A stretch of DNA of 64,000 nucleotides, from the IMG/VR virus record IMGVR_UViG_3300042934_000398, positions 1-64,000 of that record, one strand, 5' to 3'. Position 1 is the first letter of the stretch. Every line of letters begins with the position of its first letter. Of the stretch, positions 10,426 to 20,158 are shown in pieces. Source of the DNA: a virus. Position numbers and translations under genes: made by a program. Under the pieces are notes generated by a model. The model ran no database searches. It saw nothing but the letters and a program-made list of their open reading frames with translations, and was not told the DNA's origin.

Positions 10426-10990
10426 ATTGTTGATAGAATATTTATTCATTCCATTGCATAAAATATCATACCACTTCACATAATACAATATTAATATCTA
10501 TATCATATCACATAATAAACTGTTATACATAGTTTCCAATACTACATATGTCACACTAATATAATAGGAATTAAATAGGAATTAATATATCCATCGCATA
10601 ATCACAAATAATAATATACCGTTATAACCACTTAATAGCCTCATACAGCCACTTTACTATTTATCCATACTCTAATACCTTTTTATAAGTTATCTAAGTT
10701 AACTGATAATAGCGAATATATGCCATTATATCATACAATTGTCAGACAATAAAGATACAATATATAGTATAATATCAATCAATAAACCTATAATAACCGC
10801 TATATATAGTATTTACCATTAATAAGTATAATTAATATAATCATGCCTATTTATAAGTAATAAACGTAAATAATAATATACACAATGTATATTTGACATA
10901 ATTTTGACACATATTAATATTAAAATAGTATTAGAAAGATAGGTTAGATGGGAGGTTATACTAATAGGCAAGATATTCATAATTGAAACT

Positions 10991-11239
10991 ATGGCAGATT
11001 TACAAGCGGTATATGATAATAATATTAGACATTTAGAAAGGAAGTGCAATGCAATGACAATTAAAGATATTATAGAAATAGCAGAAAATGAAGACACTAT
11101 GTATTGTTTAGAACAGATAAAACGGATTAAGGATAATATGCAAAGTAAAACAGAGTATGAACAAAAAACTGCACAACTAGAAATTAAAAACTGGGCAAAA
11201 AGAATAAAATATATTTTAGAGAATAACAACAATGAATAA
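10991..11239 (+). CDS. Hypothetical early protein
   Basis: 82-aa ORF, first of the plus-strand block. Confidence 0.6.
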   Translation: MADLQAVYDNNIRHLERKCNAMTIKDIIEIAENEDTMYCLEQIKRIKDNMQSKTEYEQKTAQLEIKNWAKRIKYILENNNNE

Positions 11240-11362
11240 TAGATAATAATAATCAAACAAAGGACTACACGTCAAGCGTGCATGAACGACTGCAAAGTGT
11301 CACAAGTCCATTAGTAACAAACAGTAACCCATAAACCAATCACCTAATAGGAGGTATTCACC

Positions 11363-11524
11363 ATGAAAACTCAATACATTTCAACTTTATCACAAGAAAT
11401 ACAATCACAAATTAAAGCAGATTTACAATCAATCGGACTTAATGCACAAGATATAGAAATTGCAATGAATAGCCGTTTATCAGATTTAGAAGATACAATT
11501 AACATAAGTAAATATTTAGCATAA
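11363..11524 (+). CDS. Small hypothetical protein (53 aa)
   Basis: AGGAGG SD; MKTQYISTLSQEIQ... Confidence 0.65.
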   Translation: MKTQYISTLSQEIQSQIKADLQSIGLNAQDIEIAMNSRLSDLEDTINISKYLA

Positions 11525-11530
11525 TACACT

Positions 11531-11581
11531 AGCCGTTGCATGGTGCATATCTACAAATAGGATTCAATTTCCTAGACGGCT
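11531..11581 (+). ncRNA. tRNA-like minihelix with T arm
   Basis: AGCCGT/ACGGCT closing stem, TGCA hairpin, TAGGA-TTCAATT-TCCTA T-arm. Confidence 0.4.
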
Positions 11582-12070
11582 TTTATCTTTAAAGTAACCC
11601 ATTAACAATAAGTCCTATAGACCGAATAGGCTCTTGCACATTGACAAGTCAAATAAAATGTCTTACAGTACTAGAAACTGTATGGAAATATATAGTCAGT
11701 CCATAGCTAATATAATCTAAAATATGACTATAGCACGTTAAAAGCTAACAATAACAGTTAACTACTAACAGTTGGTACAAAAAGTAATAACAATAACAGC
11801 AACAATTAACAGTGTATTTATACTATGCTAGTAACAAAAAACAGTTAAACAGAAACTATATAATACAATTAGCAAATACAGTATAACAGAATAAAAACGA
11901 ACGGCGAGACTAGTACTCAACCTTAGTAGTAATAAAATCTAACCTTACAATGAATTGCAAAATAATTGTATTTGAAAATCTGGTAAACAGTTTGTATTAT
12001 GTTGCTAGTATAAATATTTACATTGTAACTATTAACAATCAATTATATTTAACAGAAAAGAGGTTATAAC

Positions 12071-12226
12071 ATGACTTTTTTAGATTTAATTAATGAAACT
12101 GGAAATGCTGACTTAATCAGATTATTTTTACAAGATAAAATAAACAAACTTGATTTAGCTAACGCAATAGGTAATAGTAATACAGATTTAGTTATAACTT
12201 ACAAGAATCAGGTAAACAGTAAATAA
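12071..12226 (+). CDS. Small hypothetical protein (51 aa)
   Basis: AGAGG SD; MTFLDLINETG... Confidence 0.55.
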   Translation: MTFLDLINETGNADLIRLFLQDKINKLDLANAIGNSNTDLVITYKNQVNSK

Positions 12227-12258
12227 ACAATTAACAATAAAACAGAAAGGATAGTCCT

Positions 12259-12480
12259 ATGAAAAAACTTTATTATAGTATAATTAATTTACATTTATCT
12301 GGTAGAGAATACGAAATAATTAAGACATACAAAGACGGTAGTAAATTAATAAAGTTCCCAACTTTTGGCGGTCAAACAATTAAAGCATATCAAGACGAAC
12401 TCGACGAAAGTCAAAAAACTGCATGTGAAAATAAGTTACAAGAAGAACAAGAAAAAATAATCAATCATAAATGGCATTAA
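12259..12480 (+). CDS. Hypothetical protein
   Basis: AAAGGA SD; followed by a junction palindrome. Confidence 0.65.
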   Translation: MKKLYYSIINLHLSGREYEIIKTYKDGSKLIKFPTFGGQTIKAYQDELDESQKTACENKLQEEQEKIINHKWH

Positions 12481-12528
12481 ACCAGTAAACAAAACTAACA
12501 TTTTATCAAGAAAGTAGAGGGAATAAAC

Positions 12529-12795
12529 ATGGATTTACGACAAAAGTTAATTAACATCATTTACGATAGTAGTATTTCAGAAGTAACAGAAGATAAAAAC
12601 AATATACAATTGTTAGACTTAATCATGGATTCTTATTGTGACGATTTTATCTTATGGGAAAACGATATAACTATTCAAGAATTATCGGATATGATAAACA
12701 GTGAACGTATCCCAGAAAGTAAAAATCATTCTACTAATAAGGAACTAATAGAACAATTTACAGAAGGCTACAAATTCTTTTTAGGAATTGAATAA
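12529..12795 (+). CDS. Hypothetical protein
   Basis: GAGGG SD; flanked by junction palindromes. Confidence 0.65.
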   Translation: MDLRQKLINIIYDSSISEVTEDKNNIQLLDLIMDSYCDDFILWENDITIQELSDMINSERIPESKNHSTNKELIEQFTEGYKFFLGIE

Positions 12796-12907
12796 ACAGT
12801 CGATAAAATTAAGAATTGAATCGGTTTAGTGATATTAGGCTGTAGACGTGCAAACCGTCAATAAACCACTAACAGTAATAAAAATAATATTATATGGAGG
12901 AATAAGC

Positions 12908-13651
12908 ATGGCAAGTATAGAATTTATTACAAAGCGTATTCAAGGTAAACAAAAAGAGATAGAGAAGTTAAACAAAAAGCTTGAAAGAATTCAAAAAGCA
13001 AAACAATCTAATTGGCAAGTAAATCCTTATTACTATAGCGAATATGATTTAAACAGCACAGAAAAGGAATTGAACTATTGTATTAAACAGCTTGACGAAT
13101 TACAAAATGATTTACAAACAGCAAACGAAAAAGCAAACAGCCGTAATGTATTAGCAATAACACAATTTTTGGATGCATGGCTACAACGTAATATTGAATT
13201 TTACACAGCAGAAAAAGAAAAGTATAACATTGCTTTACAAGATTATTATCAGCACGATAGAGATTATTGTAATTGGTTTAATTCAAAAAGACACGACACG
13301 ACAAAAGAAGAAAGAAACGAAATCGAAAAGAATCACAAAGAGTATAGAAAGACATTCCAAACGTCATGGAGACATATAACACAATTTGACCACGGCGAAA
13401 AAGAATGGCACGAAACAATGATATCAGATTTAAAGCAAGAATATAACCGTAAATATGATTATATTATCGAAAAGACAAACGAAATAGTCGGAACTATTAC
13501 CGATGCAAGTTATCTAACAGTTGACACAAACGACAATCTAAACGGCTACATTATAGGCACTAGAGGGAAAGCAAGTGTTAATACAATAGGTGCAGGCGGT
13601 TACAATATACAATGCTATCATTTTAGAACTTTAATTCATGAGATAAAATAA
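12908..13651 (+). CDS. Coiled-coil phage protein
   Basis: GGAGG SD; C-terminal TIGAGGYNIQCYHFR motif. Confidence 0.7.
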   Translation: MASIEFITKRIQGKQKEIEKLNKKLERIQKAKQSNWQVNPYYYSEYDLNSTEKELNYCIKQLDELQNDLQTANEKANSRNVLAITQFLDAWLQRNIEFYTAEKEKYNIALQDYYQHDRDYCNWFNSKRHDTTKEERNEIEKNHKEYRKTFQTSWRHITQFDHGEKEWHETMISDLKQEYNRKYDYIIEKTNEIVGTITDASYLTVDTNDNLNGYIIGTRGKASVNTIGAGGYNIQCYHFRTLIHEIK

Positions 13652-13655
13652 TCAT

Positions 13656-13720
13656 GCAGAGGACTACCGCTTACATAGGGTAGTAATGCACTAGGCAATG
13701 CCTAACCGTTCCAAGTCGGT
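13656..13720 (+). ncRNA. Twister ribozyme, circularly permuted
   Basis: P1 CTACC/GGTAG, U^AA site, P2 TGC/GCA, P3 TAGGC/GCCTA, P4 ACCG-TTCCAAGT-CGGT, pseudoknots GGA/TCC and AC/GT. Confidence 0.7.
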
Positions 13721-13760
13721 AAATAAGCATAATATTAAAAAAAATGGAGGTTATAACAGT

Positions 13761-14096
13761 ATGATAATGGTAAACAATGCAGAATTGGAAACGATTGACG
13801 AAATGGCTCAAACACTTTTTGATTTATATTTGGATATAGCAGAAGATCAGCAAGTTAATATATTTGTAACGGATGAAACAGGAGACATTAATTCTAATTT
13901 ATTTATAACAAAGAAAGAAATATTGACACATGAAATAATTATACTTGGGAATGAAATATGTGCAGGTAGTCTTCATATGTTTTCACTTGACGAAGATGAA
14001 AGCAATTATATTACGGTTGAAGGAATAAAGTCTGTTTTAGATGGTTATGGATATTTAAACAAAGTTACTTATTATACACTTGATGATTTATTTTAA
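13761..14096 (+). CDS. Hypothetical acidic protein
   Basis: GGAGG SD before ATG at 13761. Confidence 0.65.
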   Translation: MIMVNNAELETIDEMAQTLFDLYLDIAEDQQVNIFVTDETGDINSNLFITKKEILTHEIIILGNEICAGSLHMFSLDEDESNYITVEGIKSVLDGYGYLNKVTYYTLDDLF

Positions 14097-14143
14097 ATCA
14101 CTTCAATAGGATAACTTATTAACTACAAAACTACAAATAAATG

Positions 14144-14172
14144 TTGACAAATAACTTTATATGTAGTAATAT
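14144..14172 (+). promoter_or_regulatory. Sigma-A promoter
   Basis: TTGACA-17-TAATAT. Confidence 0.6.
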
Positions 14173-14223
14173 AATAGTAGAGATAAACAGAACAGTTAAA
14201 CAGCATTAAAGGAGGTTCTCACA

Positions 14224-14361
14224 TTGGCAGATAAAGCAATAAACATTAAGATTAACGAGCGATTATATAAACAAATCAAAATTAAAGTAGCAACGGAAGA
14301 CTTGACAATTAAAGATTATATTATCAAATTAGTTGAGAAAGATTTAAAAGAAAGTAAATAA
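14224..14361 (+). CDS. Ribbon-helix-helix DNA-binding protein
   Basis: AAGGAGG SD, TTG start; AINIKINERLYKQIKIKVATEDLTIKDYIIKLVEKDL. Confidence 0.7.
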   Translation: MADKAINIKINERLYKQIKIKVATEDLTIKDYIIKLVEKDLKESK

Positions 14362-14386
14362 CAATCAAAAATAGGAGGGCTTAACA

Positions 14387-14752
14387 ATGAATAGAAATTA
14401 TACAACAAACTTAGATCTAAATTACAAGAAACAGCAGCAAGTAATAAAAGAAATATGTAACGAATTAAATTTAGTAGTGTTCTATCCTGATTATCACGCC
14501 GATAAGAAAGATAATAACACAGTAATGATATATACACATGAATCAAACGAGTATAACAATAAACTTCCAAAAGACGCAAACAACGATCAATACAAAGATT
14601 ATGTATGTTTTTTAGAAAATACCGATTTAAATGGTATGTTTAGCTTGTCATATATGAATCATGGCAAAATTGATTTACGAGGATATAACACAGAAAAGGA
14701 AAAGATAAAAGATTTCATATCACAGAAACTAGAGGAATACAATAATAAATAG
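14387..14752 (+). CDS. Hypothetical protein
   Basis: AGGAGG SD. Confidence 0.7.
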   Translation: MNRNYTTNLDLNYKKQQQVIKEICNELNLVVFYPDYHADKKDNNTVMIYTHESNEYNNKLPKDANNDQYKDYVCFLENTDLNGMFSLSYMNHGKIDLRGYNTEKEKIKDFISQKLEEYNNK

Positions 14753-14850
14753 TTTGGTATTTATGGTAGGGTATCGGCTCAAATAATCGGTATCACTCCG
14801 TAAGCATTGAAACTGTTAATGATAGTATTAATTATATAGGAGGTCTTAAC

Positions 14851-15048
14851 ATGAATTTAAAAGAAGCAAAGAAAGCATTTGAAGATAATAAAATGGTACA
14901 ACACAAGGAAGACAAGAATATTTGTAATTATATCAGTTGTTTTGATGACGAAGAGACTGGAGTATACTTAAAACATTCTCACACATTTATACCACTAGAA
15001 AAACTTCAATTATTCAATGTACATGATTATGCTAAATCATTATATTAA
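14851..15048 (+). CDS. Hypothetical protein
   Basis: AGGAGG SD. Confidence 0.65.
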   Translation: MNLKEAKKAFEDNKMVQHKEDKNICNYISCFDDEETGVYLKHSHTFIPLEKLQLFNVHDYAKSLY

Positions 15049-15052
15049 GAAC

Positions 15053-15101
15053 AAATAATAATAGACAAACTATTGACATTTAACTAGTAATATAGTAAAC
15101 T
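15053..15101 (+). promoter_or_regulatory. Operator motif plus sigma-A promoter
   Basis: AAATAATAATAGACA at 15053-15067, TTGACA at 15073, TAAACT at 15096. Confidence 0.65.
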
Positions 15102-15127
15102 ATTAAGTGTAAGGAGGTATTAAATAC

Positions 15128-15298
15128 ATGACAAACGCAACAGTTAAACAGCAACGTAAATCAGAAATCGGAATTAGTTTTAAAGTGAACAATGATTTTT
15201 ATAAAAAGATTAAAATACAAGCCACAGAAGAAGAAAAGACGATAAAAGATTTTATCATTGAATTAATTGAACAGAAAACAGGAGTTAAAAACAAATAA
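15128..15298 (+). CDS. Ribbon-helix-helix protein, paralog of 14224..14361
   Basis: GISFKVNNDFYKKIKIQATEEEKTIKDFIIELIE; AAGGAGG SD. Confidence 0.7.
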   Translation: MTNATVKQQRKSEIGISFKVNNDFYKKIKIQATEEEKTIKDFIIELIEQKTGVKNK

Positions 15299-15327
15299 TA
15301 ATAATAATCATGTAGGAGGATTTTAAA

Positions 15328-16017
15328 ATGAAAACATTATATTTTGAAGGTGCAGGATGTGAAAATACTAACAGAGGAGAAATATCAAATTGCAGAATCA
15401 GAACAGCTTTCACAAATAACGATGGTAAAAAAGTATATGTTGAACTTTCTGGGGCAGAAAAGACAATGGATGATTTAAAGAAATATAAAAGGTTTGAAGG
15501 TTATGAAATAGGTGAAGCAATCGGATTTATTGATTCTTGTCATTATATAACAGATAATCAAAAAATTGATGATGAAAACAGTAACCGTATAAATATTGAG
15601 AATAATAGACATTTTTCATATTCATATGATGGTATATTAAAATTTATTAATGAAAATTGTAATTGTTCTTTTGACGACATTGAGGTTTTAGACTGGTTAT
15701 CAGGTTATAGAGTTTTTGCAGATACAACAAAAGAAACTAGAAATACATTTTTAGCTTTTCATTATGGGGATGAATTCATTTACAACAAAGAATTAAATGA
15801 AGCACGAAGAGAAATTGAAAATCATTTCTATAATTTAGAAAAATCAGAAGGTAAACAATACCCAAACTTTTCATTGTGGGTAGATGACAAAGATAAACAC
15901 CTATTACACTTATTAAGACACTTCAACGGATATAATAAACATTGGTCTATTCGTACCGATTCAGAAAATTGGATTGATACAGTAGAAGAAACCACACTAG
16001 GAAAATACGCTTGTTGA
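15328..16017 (+). CDS. Hypothetical phage protein
   Basis: AGGAGG SD; MKTLYFEGAG...CRIRTAF. Confidence 0.75.
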   Translation: MKTLYFEGAGCENTNRGEISNCRIRTAFTNNDGKKVYVELSGAEKTMDDLKKYKRFEGYEIGEAIGFIDSCHYITDNQKIDDENSNRINIENNRHFSYSYDGILKFINENCNCSFDDIEVLDWLSGYRVFADTTKETRNTFLAFHYGDEFIYNKELNEARREIENHFYNLEKSEGKQYPNFSLWVDDKDKHLLHLLRHFNGYNKHWSIRTDSENWIDTVEETTLGKYAC

Positions 16018-16128
16018 TTTTAATATTTACTATGCACATTATAAAGATAATAATACACGTTATAGTGTGCATGAATAAGTATTAAATAGTAACTATAAAC
16101 AATCAATTATAAAATGGAGGAATTAAGA

Positions 16129-16632
16129 ATGGAAAATAATTATAATTATGATTTTGTAATCGTGGAAATGGCAAGCATTAAAGTTTATGATTTTTTAATC
16201 AATGGTGAATCAGTAGCAGAAGCGGAAGCAAGAGGAAATAAATATTATCAAGATGAACTAAAACTTGTAACAAGTCACTTAGAAAATTATGGTGGTGAGT
16301 ATTGGGAAAATCAAGTAAAGGCAATTACTAAAAAGGTTGAATCCGGTTGTAAGCTAATGACTTATGAACAATTCAAAGAAGCAGAAAGAAAACATTTACT
16401 TGATGGAGAACTAACAGAAGTTACAGCGGATCAATTTGAAGATTCTTTAAACGTGTTACCTCCTATTTGTTGGACTACACACAATAATGTTGAAATGTTT
16501 TGTATGTCTGAAATGTATACAGGAAGTTATACTTCACAATATGCACATGATAAAAGAACAGGAAAATATTACACAAAACTAGTTGATTGTAAAGACAGAA
16601 GTACATGGATATGTGAACTATTAACAGTATAG
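16129..16632 (+). CDS. DUF1419-like protein
   Basis: C-terminal FEDSLNVLPPICW...FCMSEMYTG motif. Confidence 0.6.
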   Translation: MENNYNYDFVIVEMASIKVYDFLINGESVAEAEARGNKYYQDELKLVTSHLENYGGEYWENQVKAITKKVESGCKLMTYEQFKEAERKHLLDGELTEVTADQFEDSLNVLPPICWTTHNNVEMFCMSEMYTGSYTSQYAHDKRTGKYYTKLVDCKDRSTWICELLTV

Positions 16633-16650
16633 AAAGAGGTAAACAAAAAT

Positions 16651-16812
16651 ATGACAATACAAGAACAAATTAAACAGCTTGAAAGTGAAGTAAGCTATTT
16701 ATATGATAAGTTTACAAGGGCGGCAGCAAGTAGAAGCGGATCAATTTTAAATCAAATGTTAGATAAGAAACAACAAATTAAGGCATTAAAAGAACAATTA
16801 AACAAACAATAA
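16651..16812 (+). CDS. Small coiled-coil protein
   Basis: AGAGG SD; MTIQEQIKQLESEV... Confidence 0.55.
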   Translation: MTIQEQIKQLESEVSYLYDKFTRAAASRSGSILNQMLDKKQQIKALKEQLNKQ

Positions 16813-16836
16813 TAAACGAAAAGGAGCGTAAACAGT

Positions 16837-17082
16837 ATGAACACAGTATTAGACTAAAACAGAATATCAGGTGTGTGGATACAAATTGATTCGTATGATG
16901 AATTTGATAATTGTATTATTAAACAGTTTGAAGTGCCTAAATGGTGGTTACAGAAGCAAATAGAAGAATAATATAGAACAGTTACAAATTTTATTGATGA
17001 ATACACAAGCGAAGACAGCCAGCCGATATATGAGCAAGCAATACTTGATGATGTAATCTTGTGTGAAATAGAAAGAAAATAA
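16837..17082 (+). pseudogene. Small gene with two in-frame TAA stops
   Basis: AAGGAG SD; stops at 16855 and 16969; frame ends next to the junction palindrome at 17086. Confidence 0.55.
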
Positions 17083-17157
17083 CACTTCAAATTGTAATTT
17101 TATAGGCTATTTATTCCATAATGTAGTATAATAAAATCAAAAACGGAGGGTTTTAAA

Positions 17158-17703
17158 GTGAATAGTAAAGAATACAGATACCATTATATTAAGATTGATA
17201 AGGAAGAACAGGCTCAAACAATATCTGATAAGTTATATTCAATGCTTGAAGTTGACGAGATAGACGGAGATTTTACAGAGGATAACATGACAACGATTGG
17301 TAACATTCTTTATGCGGTGAATGGTTCTTTTACTGGCGGAAATGGTGATAGTTATTACAATCCTACTTTTAAAGATGATGTAAAGTATATTTCTACAATG
17401 TTTCCTGAAATTACTTTTACTGCCGGATGGACTAATCCAGAGGACAAAGAAGACAAAGAACAATTTACTATTATAAACAATGATGTTATAGGAAATCAAG
17501 AAGTAGATAAGGCTAAACAGATGCTAATGTCATTCTATGAAAAGGCTAGAGAAGAATACGACAGACTAGAGCAAGAGTTTGAAGAGATAAACAGAACTAA
17601 TCCTAGTGGCACAGAATGGGCAACGTTACAGGATGCAATGATTATCTATTCTAATATTATAGATAAGCTTAGGCGTGAATATAACAAGTACAAGCAAAAA
17701 TAG
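17158..17703 (+). CDS. Hypothetical protein
   Basis: GGAGG SD, GTG start. Confidence 0.7.
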   Translation: MNSKEYRYHYIKIDKEEQAQTISDKLYSMLEVDEIDGDFTEDNMTTIGNILYAVNGSFTGGNGDSYYNPTFKDDVKYISTMFPEITFTAGWTNPEDKEDKEQFTIINNDVIGNQEVDKAKQMLMSFYEKAREEYDRLEQEFEEINRTNPSGTEWATLQDAMIIYSNIIDKLRREYNKYKQK

Positions 17704-17730
17704 ATTTGATATTGAATAGGAGGGGTTAAC

Positions 17731-17964
17731 ATGGGTAAACAGGATTTATTTGATATAGGTAAACATTTCATAGTTAGTGATTTATGGATATATAAATATT
17801 ATAAAGAAGCTGTAAAACTTGTATTGATGACTTATAAAAAGATATTAAATGTAACAAGTACAGAATCATATAAACTAAGTTATGAATTATGGCTAGAAGC
17901 TAAAAGCGGAATGTATGAACCACCAAAATTTCAAGATTGGTGTATTGATATGGAAACAGAATAA
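17731..17964 (+). CDS. Hypothetical protein
   Basis: AGGAGG SD; flanked by palindromes. Confidence 0.65.
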   Translation: MGKQDLFDIGKHFIVSDLWIYKYYKEAVKLVLMTYKKILNVTSTESYKLSYELWLEAKSGMYEPPKFQDWCIDMETE

Positions 17965-18017
17965 GCAAATCAATGACTATTTTTATTAATATTTTAATAG
18001 AAGGAATGGTGAATTTT

Positions 18018-18308
18018 ATGAATGGATATGAATTGACTGCACAAAGCTATGAAGCACTAATGAAGCGTGATAACTCAAATATAAGCAAAGATGATTGTGA
18101 AAGCAAAATAAAGGTATATAGGACATTAGCAAGTCTATCAGAATCAGAAATAATAGAGATTTTTAATTCCGGTGCGTTTAATGATGTATTAAAAGGTTAT
18201 TGTAAAATGGCATTAAAAAATTGTGGTATAAAAGATAATCAAATATCATATGTCATGGATGAAATAAAATGGTTACTAGATACAATACCAGCAGCACAGG
18301 TCAAATGA
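18018..18308 (+). CDS. Hypothetical protein
   Basis: SD upstream of ATG at 18018. Confidence 0.65.
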   Translation: MNGYELTAQSYEALMKRDNSNISKDDCESKIKVYRTLASLSESEIIEIFNSGAFNDVLKGYCKMALKNCGIKDNQISYVMDEIKWLLDTIPAAQVK

Positions 18309-18478
18309 CGTTAAATACAAATAATAATACACATGTTTCACGTGAAACATATTAATGGAGGAAATAATTATGAACGATAATATATCTTTAACAGAAGAAC
18401 AGAAAGAATTTAATAAACAGGAAGCTAGGTCAAAATTAATCAATATTATATTGGAAAAAATAATGGAGGAAAAATTAA

Positions 18479-18757
18479 ATGCAAGATACAACAAGAACTA
18501 ATAATACAATCCGGTTATTCACTTATGATGATGCAATTGCACTATATAAGCGAGAGAAACGACAAGCGAAGAAAAACACATTAACGGCAATACAGAATTA
18601 CTTTATTGACCATTACATAACACAAAAGATTATTGGATTATTGATACTTATATTGATAACAATGTTAAGTTTGATTATTCAGGATGCAACAGCTTTAATA
18701 TTTATGTTACCGATATGTGTAGGTTTAATGTTGGCTAATGAGCAGTTTATTGGATAG
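18479..18757 (+). CDS. Membrane protein
   Basis: Two C-terminal hydrophobic helices; GGAGG SD. Confidence 0.65.
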   Translation: MQDTTRTNNTIRLFTYDDAIALYKREKRQAKKNTLTAIQNYFIDHYITQKIIGLLILILITMLSLIIQDATALIFMLPICVGLMLANEQFIG

Positions 18758-18915
18758 GAGGGTAAGCAGATGGCTAGAGACTTATTCTTTACAAAAAAGA
18801 CATAGAGATTATATTACATTATATTTTCTTGGTGAGTTTGAAGGTAACTATGATAATGATGCAGAAATAACAGAAGCAAAACGCAGAATACTTGAATATT
18901 AAATTGGCTATATGT

Positions 18916-18965
18916 AAATAATAATAGACATACAGATTGACAAATTTAGTGAGCAGAGTTATAAT
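18916..18965 (+). promoter_or_regulatory. Operator motif plus consensus sigma-A promoter
   Basis: AAATAATAATAGACA at 18916-18930; TTGACA at 18937, 17 bp, TATAAT at 18960. Confidence 0.75.
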
Positions 18966-19036
18966 AGCATTAATATGAAATTATTGTAACAGCAAACAGA
19001 TTATAGTATAATCAAAAATAATAATGGAGGTATATA

Positions 19037-19219
19037 GTGAAGACTAAACAAGAAATATTAAAGGATCTATTTTGTACACTGGCAGAGTTACAAAGTGGAA
19101 CGGCTTCAGGAGATTTAGAAAACTACCTAAGAATTAAATTAGAAACACTATACAATTTGATGGGTGAAGACGTACCAGAGGAATATTGGGAACAGATAGA
19201 AAAAGAAATAAGTAAATAG
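19037..19219 (+). CDS. Hypothetical protein
   Basis: GGAGG SD. Confidence 0.65.
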   Translation: MKTKQEILKDLFCTLAELQSGTASGDLENYLRIKLETLYNLMGEDVPEEYWEQIEKEISK

Positions 19220-19262
19220 CAATTAGAATATTGATTCCATTTGGAAATTAGGAGGGTTTAAA

Positions 19263-19691
19263 ATGAAATATGGAGATATAGTGAAATATAAAGGTCAACT
19301 AGGAGAACTTGTTACAGATGATAAGAAAAACTTTTTGTTCCATCCTGTAAAATTTGGAAATTATTATTACAATCAGTTAGACATTGTTACAGAGAATGAC
19401 ATTGAAGTTGCTAATTTTGATGAACACATAAGTTATATAGAGCAGGAATTTGTATGGGGCGAAGTAATCAAAACGCATTGTATTGGTGAATATCAAATAA
19501 TGGAATTTAAACCAGAACACAAAGAAGATGCAATATCATATCATGGATATATTAATTTTGAAGATACAAACACAACTCATTGTTCTATAGAAAGTGCTTT
19601 AATATCATTAATAGCAAGAAATAAATTAGAAGTAAATGAAGCAAGATATGCGGAGTTATTTATTAACAAAATGCTTAATGGCAATCTGTAA
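19263..19691 (+). CDS. Hypothetical protein
   Basis: AGGAGG SD; flanked by palindromes. Confidence 0.7.
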   Translation: MKYGDIVKYKGQLGELVTDDKKNFLFHPVKFGNYYYNQLDIVTENDIEVANFDEHISYIEQEFVWGEVIKTHCIGEYQIMEFKPEHKEDAISYHGYINFEDTNTTHCSIESALISLIARNKLEVNEARYAELFINKMLNGNL

Positions 19692-19730
19692 CATGTTAAA
19701 ATGATTATTTTATTAGGAGGAGAAATATAG

Positions 19731-20108
19731 ATGAATAAAAATTTAAAACTAAGAGATTACTTAAGTAAAAATAATTTGAATATCGATGGTAGAAATATTC
19801 CTTATCAATTAGTTACGGCTACTGATTATTTATATGCTAAAAACGAAAATATAACAGAAGATGAAAGAGATAATTTTGTAGAAGAGAATAACGAGTTATA
19901 TAAACGAATAAATCAAGTTATGGCACTAAAGCAAGCTTGTGTATTATTTAGAAATACAAGTTATAGTTGTGGGAGTTTATCTGACGATTTATTTGATTTG
20001 AAACTAGAATTAATAAGAGAGTTGAAAGAAAAATATAATTATGATTTTGATGAAAAACTGGTTGAAAGTTATCCAAGTGAAGAAGAGTATAATAAAAAGA
20101 CTAGGTAA
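19731..20108 (+). CDS. Hypothetical protein
   Basis: AGGAGG SD; flanked by palindromes. Confidence 0.7.
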   Translation: MNKNLKLRDYLSKNNLNIDGRNIPYQLVTATDYLYAKNENITEDERDNFVEENNELYKRINQVMALKQACVLFRNTSYSCGSLSDDLFDLKLELIRELKEKYNYDFDEKLVESYPSEEEYNKKTR

Positions 20109-20158
20109 TAAGCACAACAATTGAACACTTTATTGGGTTTTTGAAAGGAGAAATAATT

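Noticed and set aside
11262-12872. Twister-sister ribozyme at 11262 or 12845 (TGCAA loops)
   Set aside because: Could not map the internal-loop cleavage strands convincingly
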